This document shows, one piece after another, positions 40,916 through 54,283 of a stretch of 64,000 nucleotides of DNA. The notes under the pieces were generated by a model that saw nothing but the letters and a program-made list of their open reading frames with translations, was not told the DNA's origin and made no database searches. The position numbers were made by a program, and so were the translations under genes. Each line of letters starts with the position of its first letter. Position 1 is the first letter of the stretch. This DNA is from Mobula hypostoma. Lineage: Eukaryota. The stretch spans positions 228,162,001 through 228,226,000 of the forward strand of contig NC_086097.1 in NCBI RefSeq assembly GCF_963921235.1, given 5' to 3'.

Positions 40916-41095
40916 TCTCCAGTGATCTCCCCTTTGTATCTCTGTCTGAACTTTCCCTCAGTTTAGAAAATAGTCTATGCCTTTATTTCTTCTACTAAAG
41001 TGCATGAACATATACTTCTCTGCACTATATTCCATCTGCTACTTCCTTATCCATTCTCCTAATCTAAGTTTTTCCGCAGACTCCCTATTTCTTTA

Positions 41096-41649
41096 GCAAC
41101 ACTTTCAGTACGCTGGATGAACTCAGCAGGTCAGGCAGCATCAGTTAGAAACAATGAGTCGATGATTCGGGCCGGAACCCTTCGTCCGGACTGAAGAATG
41201 AAAGATGAGGAAGGATTTGAAGAATGCTAAAAGAATGCTAAACGCAGGTTGGAAGAGCAACACCTCATATACCGTCTAGGTAGTCTCCAGCCCCTTGGTA
41301 TGAACATAGAATTCTCCAACTTCCGATAATTCCCTCCCCCTCCCTTCACCTATCCCTATTTCACTGTACCCCCTCCCCCAGCTCCCTCATGGTTCTGCCT
41401 CCTTCTTCTACTACCCATTGTTTTCAGGGCTATGACGTCAATGCTTCCCCTCCCCCACCCCTTTGTCTTTCAACTGAAGCTACAAGCATTCTTCAAATCC
41501 TTCCCCGTCTTTCATTCTTCAGTCCTGACGAAGGTTTCTGGCCCGAAACGTTGACTCATCGTTTCTGACTGATGCTGCCCGACCTGCTGGGTTCATCCAG
41601 CGTACTGAAAGTGTTGCTTTGATCACAGCGTCTGCAGATTATTTTATGT
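41096..41649 (+). mobile_element. Short Penelope-like insertion with inverted terminal copy and 14-bp TSD
   Basis: 41096-41229 is the reverse complement of ~41486-41617; TSD tccctatttcttta at 41082-41095 and 41650-41663. Confidence 0.88.
41521..41556 (+). ncRNA. Minimal type I hammerhead ribozyme motif (Penelope-associated)
   Basis: agtc-CTGACGA-aggtttctggccc-GAAAC-GTT-gact: conserved core boxes, helix I agtc/gact, palindromic ACGT helix III, weakened helix II. Confidence 0.65.
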
Positions 41650-43454
41650 TCCCTATTTCTTTAACCCTATCTGCCCCTCCACCTATCTTTGCATCAGAAA
41701 GCCAAGTGGCGGCGGAAAGAGACTGGCAACCTAAATCAGGACTGTGAGTGGAGAGGCAAGATGAGCAGTATAAACAGGAGAAGAGGAGTGGCAGAAAAGG
41801 ATTCCAATCCAATAGGCTCTTGATTAGTAAGAATGCTAAAGGTTACAGGGAGAAGGCAGGAGAATGGGGTTGCGAGAGAAAATAAATCAGCCATGATCAA
41901 ATATTAGAGCAGACTCAGTGGGCTAAATGGTCTATCCTATGTCTTACGGTCTCTGGAGCTGCTGTTTTATCGATGTTGTTGTTGCTTGTGTTGCTCTGCT
42001 GAACATTATGGGCAGGTCATGTTGCTGCCGGAATGTGCGGCGACACTTGCAAGCCGCCCCCCAGCACATCCTTAGGTTGTGTTGGTTGTTAAAACAAACG
42101 ACGCAGTTCACTGTTTGTTTCGGTGCACATCTGATAAATAAATGAACCTGAGTCTGGATTATGGTTAACTGGTGGTCTGAGGTGAGGTACAAGATGCCAA
42201 GCAGGTAGTGCCAGGTGGGGAGGTGAGTGGGAGTGGGGTTGGAAGCCTATTGCAGGTAAGTGATGAATGGAGGCAGAAAGGATACACCTGTCAGAGTACA
42301 ATAAGCAGGAGAAGCATGGCGACCGGTGATGGATTTCAGTAAGTAAAGATGAGAATGAAAATCACTAGAGGGGGAAGTAATTCATTTTCTTGAGATACAT
42401 TTACTTAAATGAATTTACAGGGGAAAAGGAAATATAGTTTTATTAAACTGTACGTAAACAAAGACTGACAAACTTCAATGTGCAAAAGAAGACGACCTGT
42501 GTAAACATAACTAATACTGAGAACCCTAGTTGTAAAGAGTTGTAGAATCAGTTCAAAGTAGTTGTGAGTGAAATTATCCACGCCACTTCAGGAGCCTGAT
42601 GGTTGTAGAGTAACAACTGTTTCTGAACCTGGTGGTGTGAGACCCAAGACTTCTGTGCCTTCTACCTGATGGTAGTAGTGAGAAGAGAGCATGGCCTGGT
42701 TGCTGAGTATCTTTGACGATGGATGCTGCTGTTTTGCGTCATCGGTCCATGTAAATGTACTGGATAGTGCCTGTGATCCATCTCTTTATGTAGTCTTTTC
42801 CATTCCTTGCATGGTGTTTCCATAACAGACCATGATGCAACCAGTTAGGACACATTTTACTGTGCATCTATAGAAGTTTCTCAAAATTTTGGTGACATGC
42901 TATGCAAACTTCTAAGACTCCATCATGTCTTCTTTATGATGACACTTAGGCTTTCTAACATCTTGCACTTTCTTGATTTTCATTGTACTTGTAGACAACA
43001 ACAACACTGTCACTGAGACAGCTTGAGTAGACTGAAGGGTAGCAGATCTAACCAGGACAGAAGCTTCAGTAATAGAAGTTTCAATTGATTACCTAAGCCT
43101 TTTTTTCATGCTCAGGTGAAAATCATAACACTACCTCTTTTGCGATAACAACTCAGATACGGGCTGGTGCAAACAATGGGCAAAGATCCAGCATCACTGA
43201 AACTTGGCAGAAGCAGAATATTTCACACATATTTGGCAAGCAGCTTGAATAGTATAATTCATATATGTTAACCCTCTTTGAATGCAATGCAATTAATTCA
43301 GATTGAGATTGGCCGTATTTCTTACATGAATATCGAAACATCATAACCTACAGTAAAATGCACCAGCGCCCACCACAGTCTGAAAATTGTGCAGCTCGCA
43401 AGTGTTGTAACACTTGCAGCACCAACATAGCGTGCTCACAACCTGCAGCCCCTA

Positions 43455-43625
43455 ACCCTAACCATACGGCTTTGGAATGTAGGAGGAAACCAGAGCATCC
43501 GGAGGAAACCCACACAGACCCGGGGAGAATATGCAAGCTGCTTTCAGACAATCCTGGGAATATAACCCTGACTGGTTATCACCAGCAATGTAAAGTGTTG
43601 TGCTAAGCACTACACCAATGTACCG
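43455..43625 (-). mobile_element. V-SINE-like fragment
   Basis: ggaggaaaccagagcatccggaggaaacccacacagac motif shared with other copies. Confidence 0.65.
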
Positions 43626-44864
43626 CCAAATCAAAATTCCTAACACACCTCCAAAAAAGAAAGATGCCCATTAATCAATGTATTTGTGAATGGAAGTTAG
43701 TGAACTGGATCTAATGAGCAGTTGAAAAGGAGGTCTGTCAATTATTTCATGAACATTAATGGACTTAGCTCCATGTCATGCTATAGAGCATGTGATGAAT
43801 CTACTACACCCTGAAATGAAACGAATGTGCCAGAAAAAGAGTGAAAAAAGAAAATTAGAGCCAAGGAGCAGATTGTGTTGAACTGTTGGTCTCAAATAAA
43901 CAATCTCGATCAGCCAGGAGACATGAGAGAATGGAATGATGGAATCTGGAGCAGACAACATGCTGGAGGATCTCAGCAGGTCAAGCGGCATCTGCCAAGG
44001 AAATGAGTAGCTGATCTTTTGAGTCAAGCCCGTTCATCTGGGCTGACAGCAGAGGACGGACAACAAGTATAAAGAGTTGATGGGAGGAGTGGGGCAAGAG
44101 TTGGAAAGTGATAGGTAGCTCCAGGTGAGGAAGTGTCCATTGGGAGATGTAATCGAATGGGGAGGAAAGGTAGAGATAGTTGCAAGGGCTGGAAGGTGAA
44201 AGGTGGAGGTAGCAACAGAATCTGATACTTTGGCATTTTCTACTGCCAGGAGGAGCATTACCTTTATATTCCACTGGGTAGTCTGACACCCAATAGCATG
44301 GATATTGAGATTTCCTATTTTAGTTAACCGTCCTTTCTTTTTCACCCTTCCTCCCAACCTTTTTATCCCTCTTCCCCTCCAGCTGATCCTCCAGTCCTTC
44401 CAGGTTTGCTTCCTCAACCGTCAGTCTCCCCCTTCACCCATCTTTGTCTTCTTCCCCTTCTTGACTCCATCCACCCACATCAACTCAAGTTTCCTTCTCA
44501 CCCACCTCCCCGTATAGTTCCAACTGTTGTTCACCTCCACCCCAATGATTCTCATTCTCACCTTTACTTACTGAAATCCATCACCGGTCACAATGCTTCT
44601 CCTGCTTATTGTACTCTGACAGGTGTATCCTTTCTGCCTCCATTCATCACTTACCTGCAATAGGCTTCCAACCCCACTCCCACTCTCCTCCCGACCTGGC
44701 ACTACCTGCTTGGCATCTTGTACCTCACCTCAGACCACCAGTTAACCATAATCCAGACTCAGGTTCATTTATTTATCAGATGTGCACCGAAACAAACAGT
44801 GAACTGCGTCGTTTGTTTTAACAGCCAACACAACCCAAGGATCTGCTGGGGGCGGCTCGAAAGT

Positions 44865-46038
44865 TGACGCGGATAGGCTTTTTTCCATTGAGAGTGGGGG
44901 AGATTCAAACAAGAGGACATGAGTTGAGAGTTAAAGGGCAAAAGTTTAGGGGTAACATGAGGGGGAACTTCTTTACTCAGAGAGTGGTAGCTGCGTGGAA
45001 CGAGCTTCCAGCAGAAGTGGTTGAGGCAGGTTCAATATTGTCATTTGAAGTTAAATTGTGCTAAACATTCCCTAATTCAATTTAAAGTGGTTCATAGAGC
45101 ACATATGTCCAAAGATAAGTTAGCGCGTTTTTACTCGCATATTAATCCTTTCTGTGATAGATGTTCGGGGCAGATAGCCTCTTTAACTCATATGTTTTGG
45201 TCTTGCCCTACTTTGGAAACTTTTTGGAGAGATATTTTTAATATTATTTCTAAGGTATTAAATATAGATATCTCTCCTCACCCTATTACTGCTATCTTTG
45301 GACTACCTAAAATTTCTAGTAATCTTTCCCCTTCAGCCCGTAGAATGATCGCATTTCTTACTTTAATGGCGAAAAGATGTATTTTACAACATTGGAAAGA
45401 GCTTAATGCTCCAACTACCTTTTTTTGGTTTTCTCAGACGATTTTATGTTTGAATTTGGAGAAAATTAGAAGTAACCTTTATGATTCTTCATTTAAATTT
45501 GAACAGATTTGGGGACCTTTTATTCGATATTTTCATTTAATGTAATATTTACCCTTCTTGTTTTTTTTTCACTGTTTTTAATGGAGGTCGGGATTGAGGA
45601 CGTGATTTTAAGTTTAACTCTGTTTGGTTTCAAGTTAGCCCATTGCTTTGCCTTGCTTTTAGTTAGTTGCACGGTGGGTTTTTTTTGGGGTTTTTTTTTC
45701 TTTTTTTCCATTGATATATATAAAGTTTAGTATACTATTATGTTATCTTGGTTTCTTATATTTAAATTACATTGTAGTATTTTTTTTTGGTATTGATACC
45801 TTTTGGAATTTTATTATACTTTAACATTGTATTAATGTTTATATGGCTTACCATTTTTGTATACTTATTCAATAAAAAGATTTAAAAAGGAAATGAAGTT
45901 AAATTGGATAGATATATGGACAGGAAAGGAATATATGGGCTGAGTGCAGGTCGGTGAGACTAGGTGAGAGTAAGCGTTCGGCACGGACTAGAAGGGCCGA
46001 GATGGCTTGTTTCTGTGCTGTAATTGTTATATGGTTAT
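44865..46038 (+). mobile_element. CR1 3' fragment (TSD aagt) split by an L1/Tx1 insertion
   Basis: TRGHELRV..NFFTQRVVAAWNELP; tail resumes at 45907; aagt at 44861-44864 and 46039-46042. Confidence 0.85.
45059..45893 (+). mobile_element. L1/Tx1-clade LINE 3' end with 13-bp TSD
   Basis: QFKVVHRAH..CDRCSGQIASLTHMFWSCP (CCHC); T-rich 3' UTR, aataaa and A-rich tail; TSD tgaagttaaattg at 45046-45058 and 45894-45906. Confidence 0.9.
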
Positions 46039-47694
46039 AAGTGTCGCCGCACATTCCGGGAGCAACATGACCTGCCCACAATGTTCAGCAGAGCAACACA
46101 AGCAGCAACAACATCAATAAAACGGCAGCTCCAGAGACCATAAGACATAGGATTAGACCATTTATCCCACTGACTCTGCTCTAATATTTGACCATGGCCG
46201 ATTTATTTTCTCTCTCAACCCCATACTCCTGCCTTCTCCCTGTAACCCTTAGCATTCTAACTAATCAACAGCCTATTGGATTGGAATCCTTTTCTGCTGT
46301 TCCTCTTGTCCTCTTTATACTGGTCATCTTGTCTCTCCCCTCACAGCCCTGATTTAGGTTGACAGTCTCTTTCCTCTGCCACTTGTCCTTGTGGCCAAGA
46401 TTGCAGATGATATGAAGATAGGAGGAGCGAACGGTAGTGTTGAGGAAGCAGGGAGTTTACAGAAGGACCTAGACAGATGAGGAGAACGAACAAAAAAGTG
46501 GTAGATGGGATGTAGTGTTGGGAAGTGTATGTTCAAGCACTTCGGTGGAAGAAATGAAGGTGTAGACTTTCTTCTAAATGAAGAGGAAGTTCAGGTAACA
46601 GAGTGCAAAAGGACTTGGGAGTCTTCAGACAGGATTCCCCAAATTCCCCAAACGCAGCAGGCCAAGCAGCATCTATAGGAAGAGGTGCAGTCGACGTTTC
46701 AGGCCGAGACCTGTATCAGCTTTTGAAAATATTAATGTAAACTACATGTGGAGCAACTTGCAAAAATTACCAGTTCAAGATATTAACAGAAAATGCTGGA
46801 AAATTGGAGTTTGATGTAACCTACATTCAGCAGCTCTGAGCTTCCAACTACCTGTCACTTGTATTTGTCCAGCCTAACCTCTTCGTATTTGCCCTGCTAG
46901 AGTATTCCAGTGAAGCTGAATGTAAAATTATCTTTCGTTTTACTCATGATGCAGGTTTCAGGATCACTATTTTGTTCAAATGACACAAAGAGCCAGCATT
47001 TCCTATCTGGTTCATCTGCTTTCTTTCCCATTAGGTGCTACCTAATCAGCTATTTTTACAACTCTGCATTTCAGATTTCCACAATAAATATGTTCAGCAT
47101 CTCAAAATTAGTATATTTTGTTTCTTTTTTTCTACTACTCTTATTTATCTCCCTGTACTCATTCTCCTCCAGGTGGATTTGCTTTGATTAACAGGAATTG
47201 TACCATATAACCTACGGTATAATATAGGACCACGTTATGTTGTACTAATACATCGTATTGAGCATGCACTATTAGGCGCGTATGGATCTATATATATATG
47301 TGTGTTCAGTTCAGTTTAGTTAGTAAAGAACCCTGTTGATTTAGCTCCCGTCTCCAGGGTTTTTCTTAATGATACTGTTGTGTAGACCAGCCACATACAC
47401 AACAAATTGGCGACGAGGTTAATGAACCTACATCGTATTGGAACAATGCGTTATAAGTGATAACGACACTCGGAATAAGACAGCAAGGTACAAGCCAAGG
47501 AGCCAGAGAAGGAGGAAACAGGAGACACAGTCAGAGCCACAACATGTCCAGCCGAGATCACAGCCGGTGCTGACCTCAGGCTGATGGTCTGCCTGCTCCA
47601 GAAGGGAGATTTTAAAAAAAGGGAGTGACACAGACATCTAGCCAGAATACGCATGTGATGCCAGCAAAAAAAAGGTCACATGAGTCAAAATGAA

Positions 47695-47764
47695 AACAAG
47701 GGACCCGGGCTAAATTAACAAGGGACCCAGGCTAAATTAACAAGGGACCTAGGCTAAATTAACA
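47695..47764 (+). repeat. 22-bp tandem repeat x3 in the Gypsy leader
   Basis: acaagggacc(cg/ca/ta)ggctaaatta repeated three times; only one similar unit in the sister element. Confidence 0.85.
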
Positions 47765-48262
47765 TAACAAGAATGAATTAACGTAACAAGGATGGCATTA
47801 ATTGGAACCATTACAGCATTTGTTAGTGGCATTGAAGACCAGACAACTTATATTGAAAGAATAGTTATATTGTGATGCTAACAATATTAATGAAGAAAGC
47901 CAGCATCTTACTTAGTGTAATGGGTGTAAAAACATAAGGCCTGCTATGGAACTTGTTAACCCCTGAAAAGCCAACTGACAAAACATTCAAGCAAATAGTA
48001 GACATTCTCCAACAGCATTTAAACCCCAAACCACTGGTCATTGCTGAAAGATTTAAATTTCATAAATGGAATCAGAGCATAAATGAAAGCATTTCTGAAT
48101 GTTGTGCTGAGTTGCACAAATTATCAGAACATTGTCAATTTGGAGCTGGTCTATCAGACGCATTGAGGGACAGATTAGTGTGTGGCATGAACTGTGAAAC
48201 CACACAGAAGAAGTGCCTGTGTGAAAAAGACCTTACGTACGAGAAAGTGCTAAACATCTCAA

Positions 48263-51245
48263 CAGACAATAGACAATAGGTGCAGGAGTAGGCCATTTGG
48301 CCCTTCGAGCCAGCACTGCCATTCACTGTGATCATGGCTGATCATCCACTATCAGTATCCAGTTCCTGCCTTTTCCCCATAACCTTGGATTCTGCTATCT
48401 TTAAGAGCTCTATCCGTCTCTTTTTTGAAAGCATCCAGAGACTTGGCCTCCACAGCCTTCTGGGCCAGAGCATTCCATATATCCACCACTCTCTGGGTGA
48501 AAAAGTTTTTCCTCAACTCCGTTCTAAATGGCCTACCCTTAATTCTTAAACTGTGGCCTCTGCTTCTGGACTCACCCATCAGCAGGAACATGTTTCCTGC
48601 CTGTAGCGTGTCCAATCCCTTAATAATCTTATATGTTTCAATAAGATCCCCTCTCAGCCTTCTAAATTCCAGAGTATACAAGCCCAGTCGCTCCAATCTT
48701 TCGACATATGACAGTCCCGCCATCCCGGGAATTAACCTTGTGAACCTACGCTGCACTCCCTCAATAGCAAGAATGTCCTTCCTCAAATTTGGAGACCAAA
48801 ACTGCACACAGTACTCCAGGTGTGATCTCACCAGGGCCCTGTACAGCTGCAGAAGGACCTCTTTGCTCTTATACTCAATTCCCCTTGTTATGAAGGCCAG
48901 CATGCCATTAGCTTTCTTCACTGCCTGCTGTACTTGCATGCTTGCTTTCAGTGATTGATGTACAAGAACACCTAGATCTCGTTGTGCTTCCCCTTTTCCT
49001 AACTTGACTCCATTTAGCTAATAATCTGCCTTCCCGTTCTTACCACCAAAGTGGATAACCTCACATTTATCCACATTAAACAGCATCTGCCACGCATCTG
49101 CCCACTCACCCAGCCTGTCCAAGTCACCCTGCATTCTCATAACATCCTCCTCACATTTCACACTGCCATCCAGCTTTGTGTCATTGGCAAATTTGCTAAT
49201 GTTACTTTTAATTCCCTCATCTAAATCATTAATATATATATTGTAAACAGCTGCGGTCCCAGCACTGAACCCTGCGGTACCCCACTGGTCACCACCTGCC
49301 ATTCCGAAAGGGACCCGTTAATCGCTACTCTTTGTTTTCTGTCAGCCAGCCAATTTTTAATCCATGTCAGTACTCTGCCCCCAATACCATGTGCCCTAAT
49401 TTTGCCCACTAATCTCCTATGTGGGACTTTATAAAAGGCTTCCTGAAAGTCCAGGTACACTACATCCACTGGCTCTCCCTTGTCCATTTTCACAGTTACA
49501 TCCTCAAAAAATTCCAGAAGATTAGTCAAGCACGATTTCCCCTTCGTAAATCCATGCTGACTTGGACCAATCCTGTTACTACTATCCAGGTATGTTGTAA
49601 TTTCATCCTTTATAATTGACTCCAGCATCTTTCCCACCACCGACGTCAGGCTAACCGGTCTATAATTCCCTGTTTTCTCTCTTTCTCCCTTCTTGAAGAG
49701 AGGGACAACATTAGCCACCCTCCAATCCACAGGAACTGATCCTGAATCTATAGAACATTGGAAAATGATTACCAATGAGTCCACGATTTCTAAAGCCACC
49801 TCCTTAAGTACCCTGGGATGCAGACCATCAGGTCCCGGGGACTTATCAGCCTTCAGACCCAACAGCCTATCCAATACTATTTCCTGCCTAATATAAATTT
49901 CCTTCAATTCATCCATTACCCTAGGTCCTTTGGCCACTATTACATCTGGGAGATTGTTTGTGTCTTCCCTAGTGAAGACAGATCCAAAGTACTTATTCAA
50001 CTCATCTGCCATTTCCTTGTTCCCCATAATAAATTCACCCGCTTCTGTCTTCAACGGCCTAATTTTGGTCTTAACTATTTTTTTCCTTTTCACATACCTA
50101 AAGAAGCTTGTACTATCCTCCTTTATATTCTTGGCTAGTTTACCTTCGTACCTCATTTTTTCTCCACGTATTGCCTTTTTAGTTACCTTCTGTTGCTCTT
50201 TAAAAGTTTCCCAATCCTCCGGCTTCCCACTCGTCTTTGCAATGTTATACTTCTTCTCTTTTATTTTTATACTCTCCATTACTGTACATTCCCTTGTCAG
50301 CCATGGCCTCCCCTTACTCTCCTTAGGATCTTTCTTCCTCTTTGGAATGAACTGATCCTGCACCTTCTGCATTATTCCTAGAAACACTTGCCATCCCTGC
50401 TAGGATATTGTTCCATTGAACTTTGGCCAGCTCCTCCCTCATAGCACCATAGTTCCCTTTGTTCAACTGTAATACTGACACTTCCGAGTTTCCCTTCTCC
50501 CTCTCAAATTGTAGATTAAAACTTATCATATTATGGTCACTACCTCCTAATGGCTCCTTTACCTCGAGGTCCCTGATCAAATCCGGTTCATTGCACAACA
50601 CTAAATCTAGAATTGCGTTCTCTCTGGTGGGCTCCAGTACAAGCTGTTCTAAGAATCCATCTCAGAGGGACTCCACAAACTCCCTTTCTTGGGGTCCAGT
50701 ACCAACCTGATTCCTCCAGTCTACCTGCATGTTGAAACCCCCTTAACAACTGTAGCATTACCTTTGCGACATGGCAATTTTAATTCTTGATTCAACTTAC
50801 ACCCTACATCCAGACTACTGTTTGGGGGCCTGTAGATAACTCCCATTAGGGTCTTTCTACCCTTAGAATTTCTCGGTCTATCCATACTGACTCTACGTCT
50901 CCTGATTCTATGTCCCCCCCTCACAAGGGACTGAATATCATTCCTCACCAACAGAGCCACCTCAACCCCTCTGCCCATCAGTCTGTCCTTTCGATAGGAC
51001 GTATACCCTTGAGTATTCATTTCCCAGGCCCTGTCCACTTGAAGCCATGTCTCTGTTATTCCCACAACATCATACTTACCAATTTCCAGCTGTGCCTCAG
51101 CTCCTCTACTTTATTTCTTATACTCCGTGCATTCATATATAATAATTTTAATTCATTACTCCCCTCACCTCCCATATCAATTCCTATTTCACTTGGCCAT
51201 ACTGTACGATCCCTTCTTGAGCTTTCTGCTCTGTTGATTCTGCCG
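48263..51245 (-). mobile_element. 5'-truncated CR1 LINE (ORF2 APE-RT, frameshifted) inserted in Gypsy gag
   Basis: ORF pieces 48352-51334 on the minus strand; (agacaat)n tail; TSD tcaa at 48259 and 51246; gag rejoins across it. Confidence 0.93.
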
Positions 51246-51644
51246 TCAATATCATTAGAAATAGCCGCACGAGGTGCTTCCGAGATACAACAAAAATCTC
51301 TGGAATATGCCACAAATAAACTGTCACTGAACATAAATGAAGGAAAGAAATGTTACCGTTGCGGGAACAGGTCACATGACCCTGATGATTGTCGGTTTAA
51401 AGATAAAGAATGCAGAAGCTGTGGCAAACAGGGCCACACTGGCAGAGTATGCAAAGCTAGTAAACAGCAGAAAAGGGACAAAATATAGAGAAACAAGAAA
51501 TCCCAGAAAGGAAAATACAACAATGTGCACAAAATGAAAGAAAACAATTGCTGATGAAAACTACTCAGACAAAAGTGAATTGTCTTGTCTGCAGTTTCAT
51601 AGCGTGAAAGACACAGATGATCGAAGAGTAACATGGATCACTCC

Positions 51645-52385
51645 TGTTACATACCAGCAGCAATAGATCACAAATTGAGCCATGTTTCAATGTTAAAAGC
51701 ACTAACTTTATTAGTATCTACACAAAATATAGAAAATTAAACGAAGTAAACAGAAGTTGACAGTGTTATGTGTGTGTGTGTGTCTCCCAAACAATCAAGC
51801 TTAGGAACAGTTCTTAAAGTCTTAAGATTCAGATGGCAAAGTAGAAAAGATCCAGTAATCTACAGAATAAATGATGAGAGAGATTTGTAAATCCACGTTA
51901 AAATGTAGAGAGAAGGCAATTACGAAGAATTCCACAGATTTCACACTGGGTAAACGAGGTAAAAGTCGCCGAAGATCTTACCCGTCGAGTCGTTCCTAAA
52001 TTCATGTAGAATATCACAAGGTGACAGTCACGGAATATCCCTTCTTCCAAGTGGTAACCACAGAACACACCCGAATCCAGGTAAGGGTTAACAAAAGTGG
52101 TTCCACAGGATACTCCAACAAAATCCACATATGGACCATCCGAAGAGACAGTCACACATTCAATGTGCATGGCATGCCATTGAACAACCCAATCCTTTGG
52201 GCATGGGAAAGTATCAGACTTTACCCATTTTCCAGCAAACTGCTGCCACTCTTTCTCTCTCCTTCCTCTTATTCTTCGGAAGGTCCCAGCAGTCTGTCGC
52301 AGCTTGTTATACTGATGTCATAGTCCCGCCTCATCCAAGCATTTTTAAAGTGACACCCACAGTATGAAACAGTGGTCACGTAACA
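51645..52385 (-). mobile_element. Solo LTR of an unrelated LTR element (741 bp)
   Basis: Termini TGTTAC...GTAACA, TSD CTCC (51641-51644 and 52386-52389); empty site in the sister element at ~19800; strand is tentative (AATAAA on minus near 51710). Confidence 0.85.
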
Positions 52386-52920
52386 CTCCACAACTGGCAG
52401 GCCTGAGACTGAAAATGGAGTTGGACACAGGCTCAGCTTTAACAGTAATCTCTGTACACGACTACAATCGACTGTTTTCTCACATACCTCTGAAACGAAC
52501 TAAACTACTGCTAAAAACTTACACAGGACAGAAAGTGCATCCCAAAGGTAAAATTAAAGTGACAGTGACCTACGGAGACAAAACACAGCAACTGAACCTA
52601 TATGTATTGAAAAATGGAGGACCACCGTTGTTGGGACATGAATGGTTCAGGAAAATCCAGTTGGATTGGCACACCATCAAGGCACTAGATGTATCAGCAA
52701 AGGAGGGCAGCAAAGCTACATCTGAGAGACTGTCACAAGTACTTGCTGACTCTGAAGAAGTGTTCATGAAAGGAATAGGAACACTTCAGGGCAAGAATGC
52801 AAAGATTGAGATCGAGGAAAATGCATGTCCAAAATTTTCCAAAGCCAGACCAGTCCCATATGCAATCCATCCAACAGTAGAGGCAGAGCTGAAAAATCTG
52901 GAGCAGACTGGGGTCCTATC

Positions 52921-54283
52921 CTCCCACATCATGAAGACCCTGGAGAGACTTGTTCTGGAGCTATTCCGGCCTATGGTCAGGCCACACTTAGATCCCCTCC
53001 AGTTCGCCTACCAGCCCCGACTAGGAGTTGAGGATGCCATCGTCTACCTGCTGAACTGTGTCTACGCCCACCTGGACAAGCCAGCGAGCACTGTGAGGGT
53101 CATGTTTTTTTGACTTCTCCTGTGCATTCAACACCATCTGCCCTGCTCTGCTGGGGGAGAAGCTGACAGCGATGCAGGTGGATGCTTCCCTGGTATCATG
53201 GATTCTTGATTACCTGACTGGCAGACCACAGTACGTGTGCTTGCAACATTGTGTGTCCAACAGAGTGATCAGCAGCACTGGGGCTCCACAGGGGACTGTC
53301 TTGTCTCCCTTTCTCTTCACCATTTACACCTCGGACTTCAACTACTGCACAGAGTCTTGTCATCTTCAGAAGTTTTCGGATGACTCTGCCATACTTGGAT
53401 GCATCAGCAAGGGAGATGAGGTTGAGTACAGGGCTACGGTAGGAAACTTTGTCACATGGTGTGAGCAGAATTATCTGCAGCTTAATGTGAAAAAGACTAA
53501 GGAGCTGGTGGTAGACCTGAGGAGAGCTAAGGTACCAGTGACCCCTGTTTCCATCCAGGGGGTCAGTGTGGACATGGTGGAGGATTACAAATACCTGGGG
53601 ATATGAATTGACAATAAACTGGACTGGTCTAAGAACACTGAGGCTGTCTACAAGAAGGGTCAGAGCCATCTCTATTTCCTGAGGAGACTGAGGTCCTTTA
53701 TCATCTGCCGGACGATGCTGAGGATGTTCAACGAGTCTGTGGTGGCCAGTGCTATCATGTTTGCTGTTGTGTGCTGGGGCAGCAGGCTGAGGGTAGCAGA
53801 CACCAACAGAATCAACAAACTCATTCCTAAGGCCAGTGACGTTGTGGGGATGGAACTGGACTCTTTCACGGTGGTGTCTGAAAAGAGGATGCTGTCTAAG
53901 TTGCATGCCATCTTGGTCAATGTCTCCCATCCACTACATAATGTACTGAGTGGACACAGGAGTACATTCAGCCAGAGACTCATTCGTCCGAGATGCAGCA
54001 CAGAGCGTCATAGGAAGTCATTCCTGCCTGTGGCCATCAAGCTTTACAACTCCTCCCTTGGAGGGTCAGACACCCTGAGCCGATAGGCTGGTCCTGGACT
54101 TATTTCATAACTTACTGGCATAATTTACATATTACTATTTAACTATTTATTACTATTTTCTATTATTATTCTATTACTATTTATTATTTCTATGACTATT
54201 ACTATTTCTATTAATAGTTATTATTTATGGTGCAACTGTAACGAATACCAATTTCCCCCGGGATCAATAAAGTATGACTATGA
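52921..54283 (+). mobile_element. 5'-truncated Rex1/Babar LINE inserted in Gypsy RT
   Basis: SHIMKTLERL..LDPLQFAY..GAPQGTVLSPFLF..KFSDD; (tatgac)n tail; ctatc duplicated at 52916-52920 and 54284-54288; removal restores GVLSKVDWSEWA. Confidence 0.93.

Larger units (their letters stand above)
40920..46620. repeat. Inverted duplication: left arm ~40920-42365, right arm ~44545-46620, spacer ~2.2 kb
   Basis: 42050-42365 is the reverse complement of 44545-44864; 41700-42048 of 46039-46385; outer CR1 debris is also mirrored. Confidence 0.88.

Noticed and set aside
47695..47764. Short direct repeats as a CRISPR-like array
   Set aside because: Head-to-tail tandem repeat without spacers in a eukaryotic retroelement leader
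50910..51488. 192-aa ORF ending in two zinc knuckles
   Set aside because: Antisense CR1 sequence running into the Gypsy gag remnant across an insertion junction
52364..53113. 249-aa ORF fusing Gypsy protease/RT start to a Rex/Babar RT
   Set aside because: Explained by a TSD-flanked LINE insertion that happens to be in frame; it terminates at a frameshift and both partners are decayed
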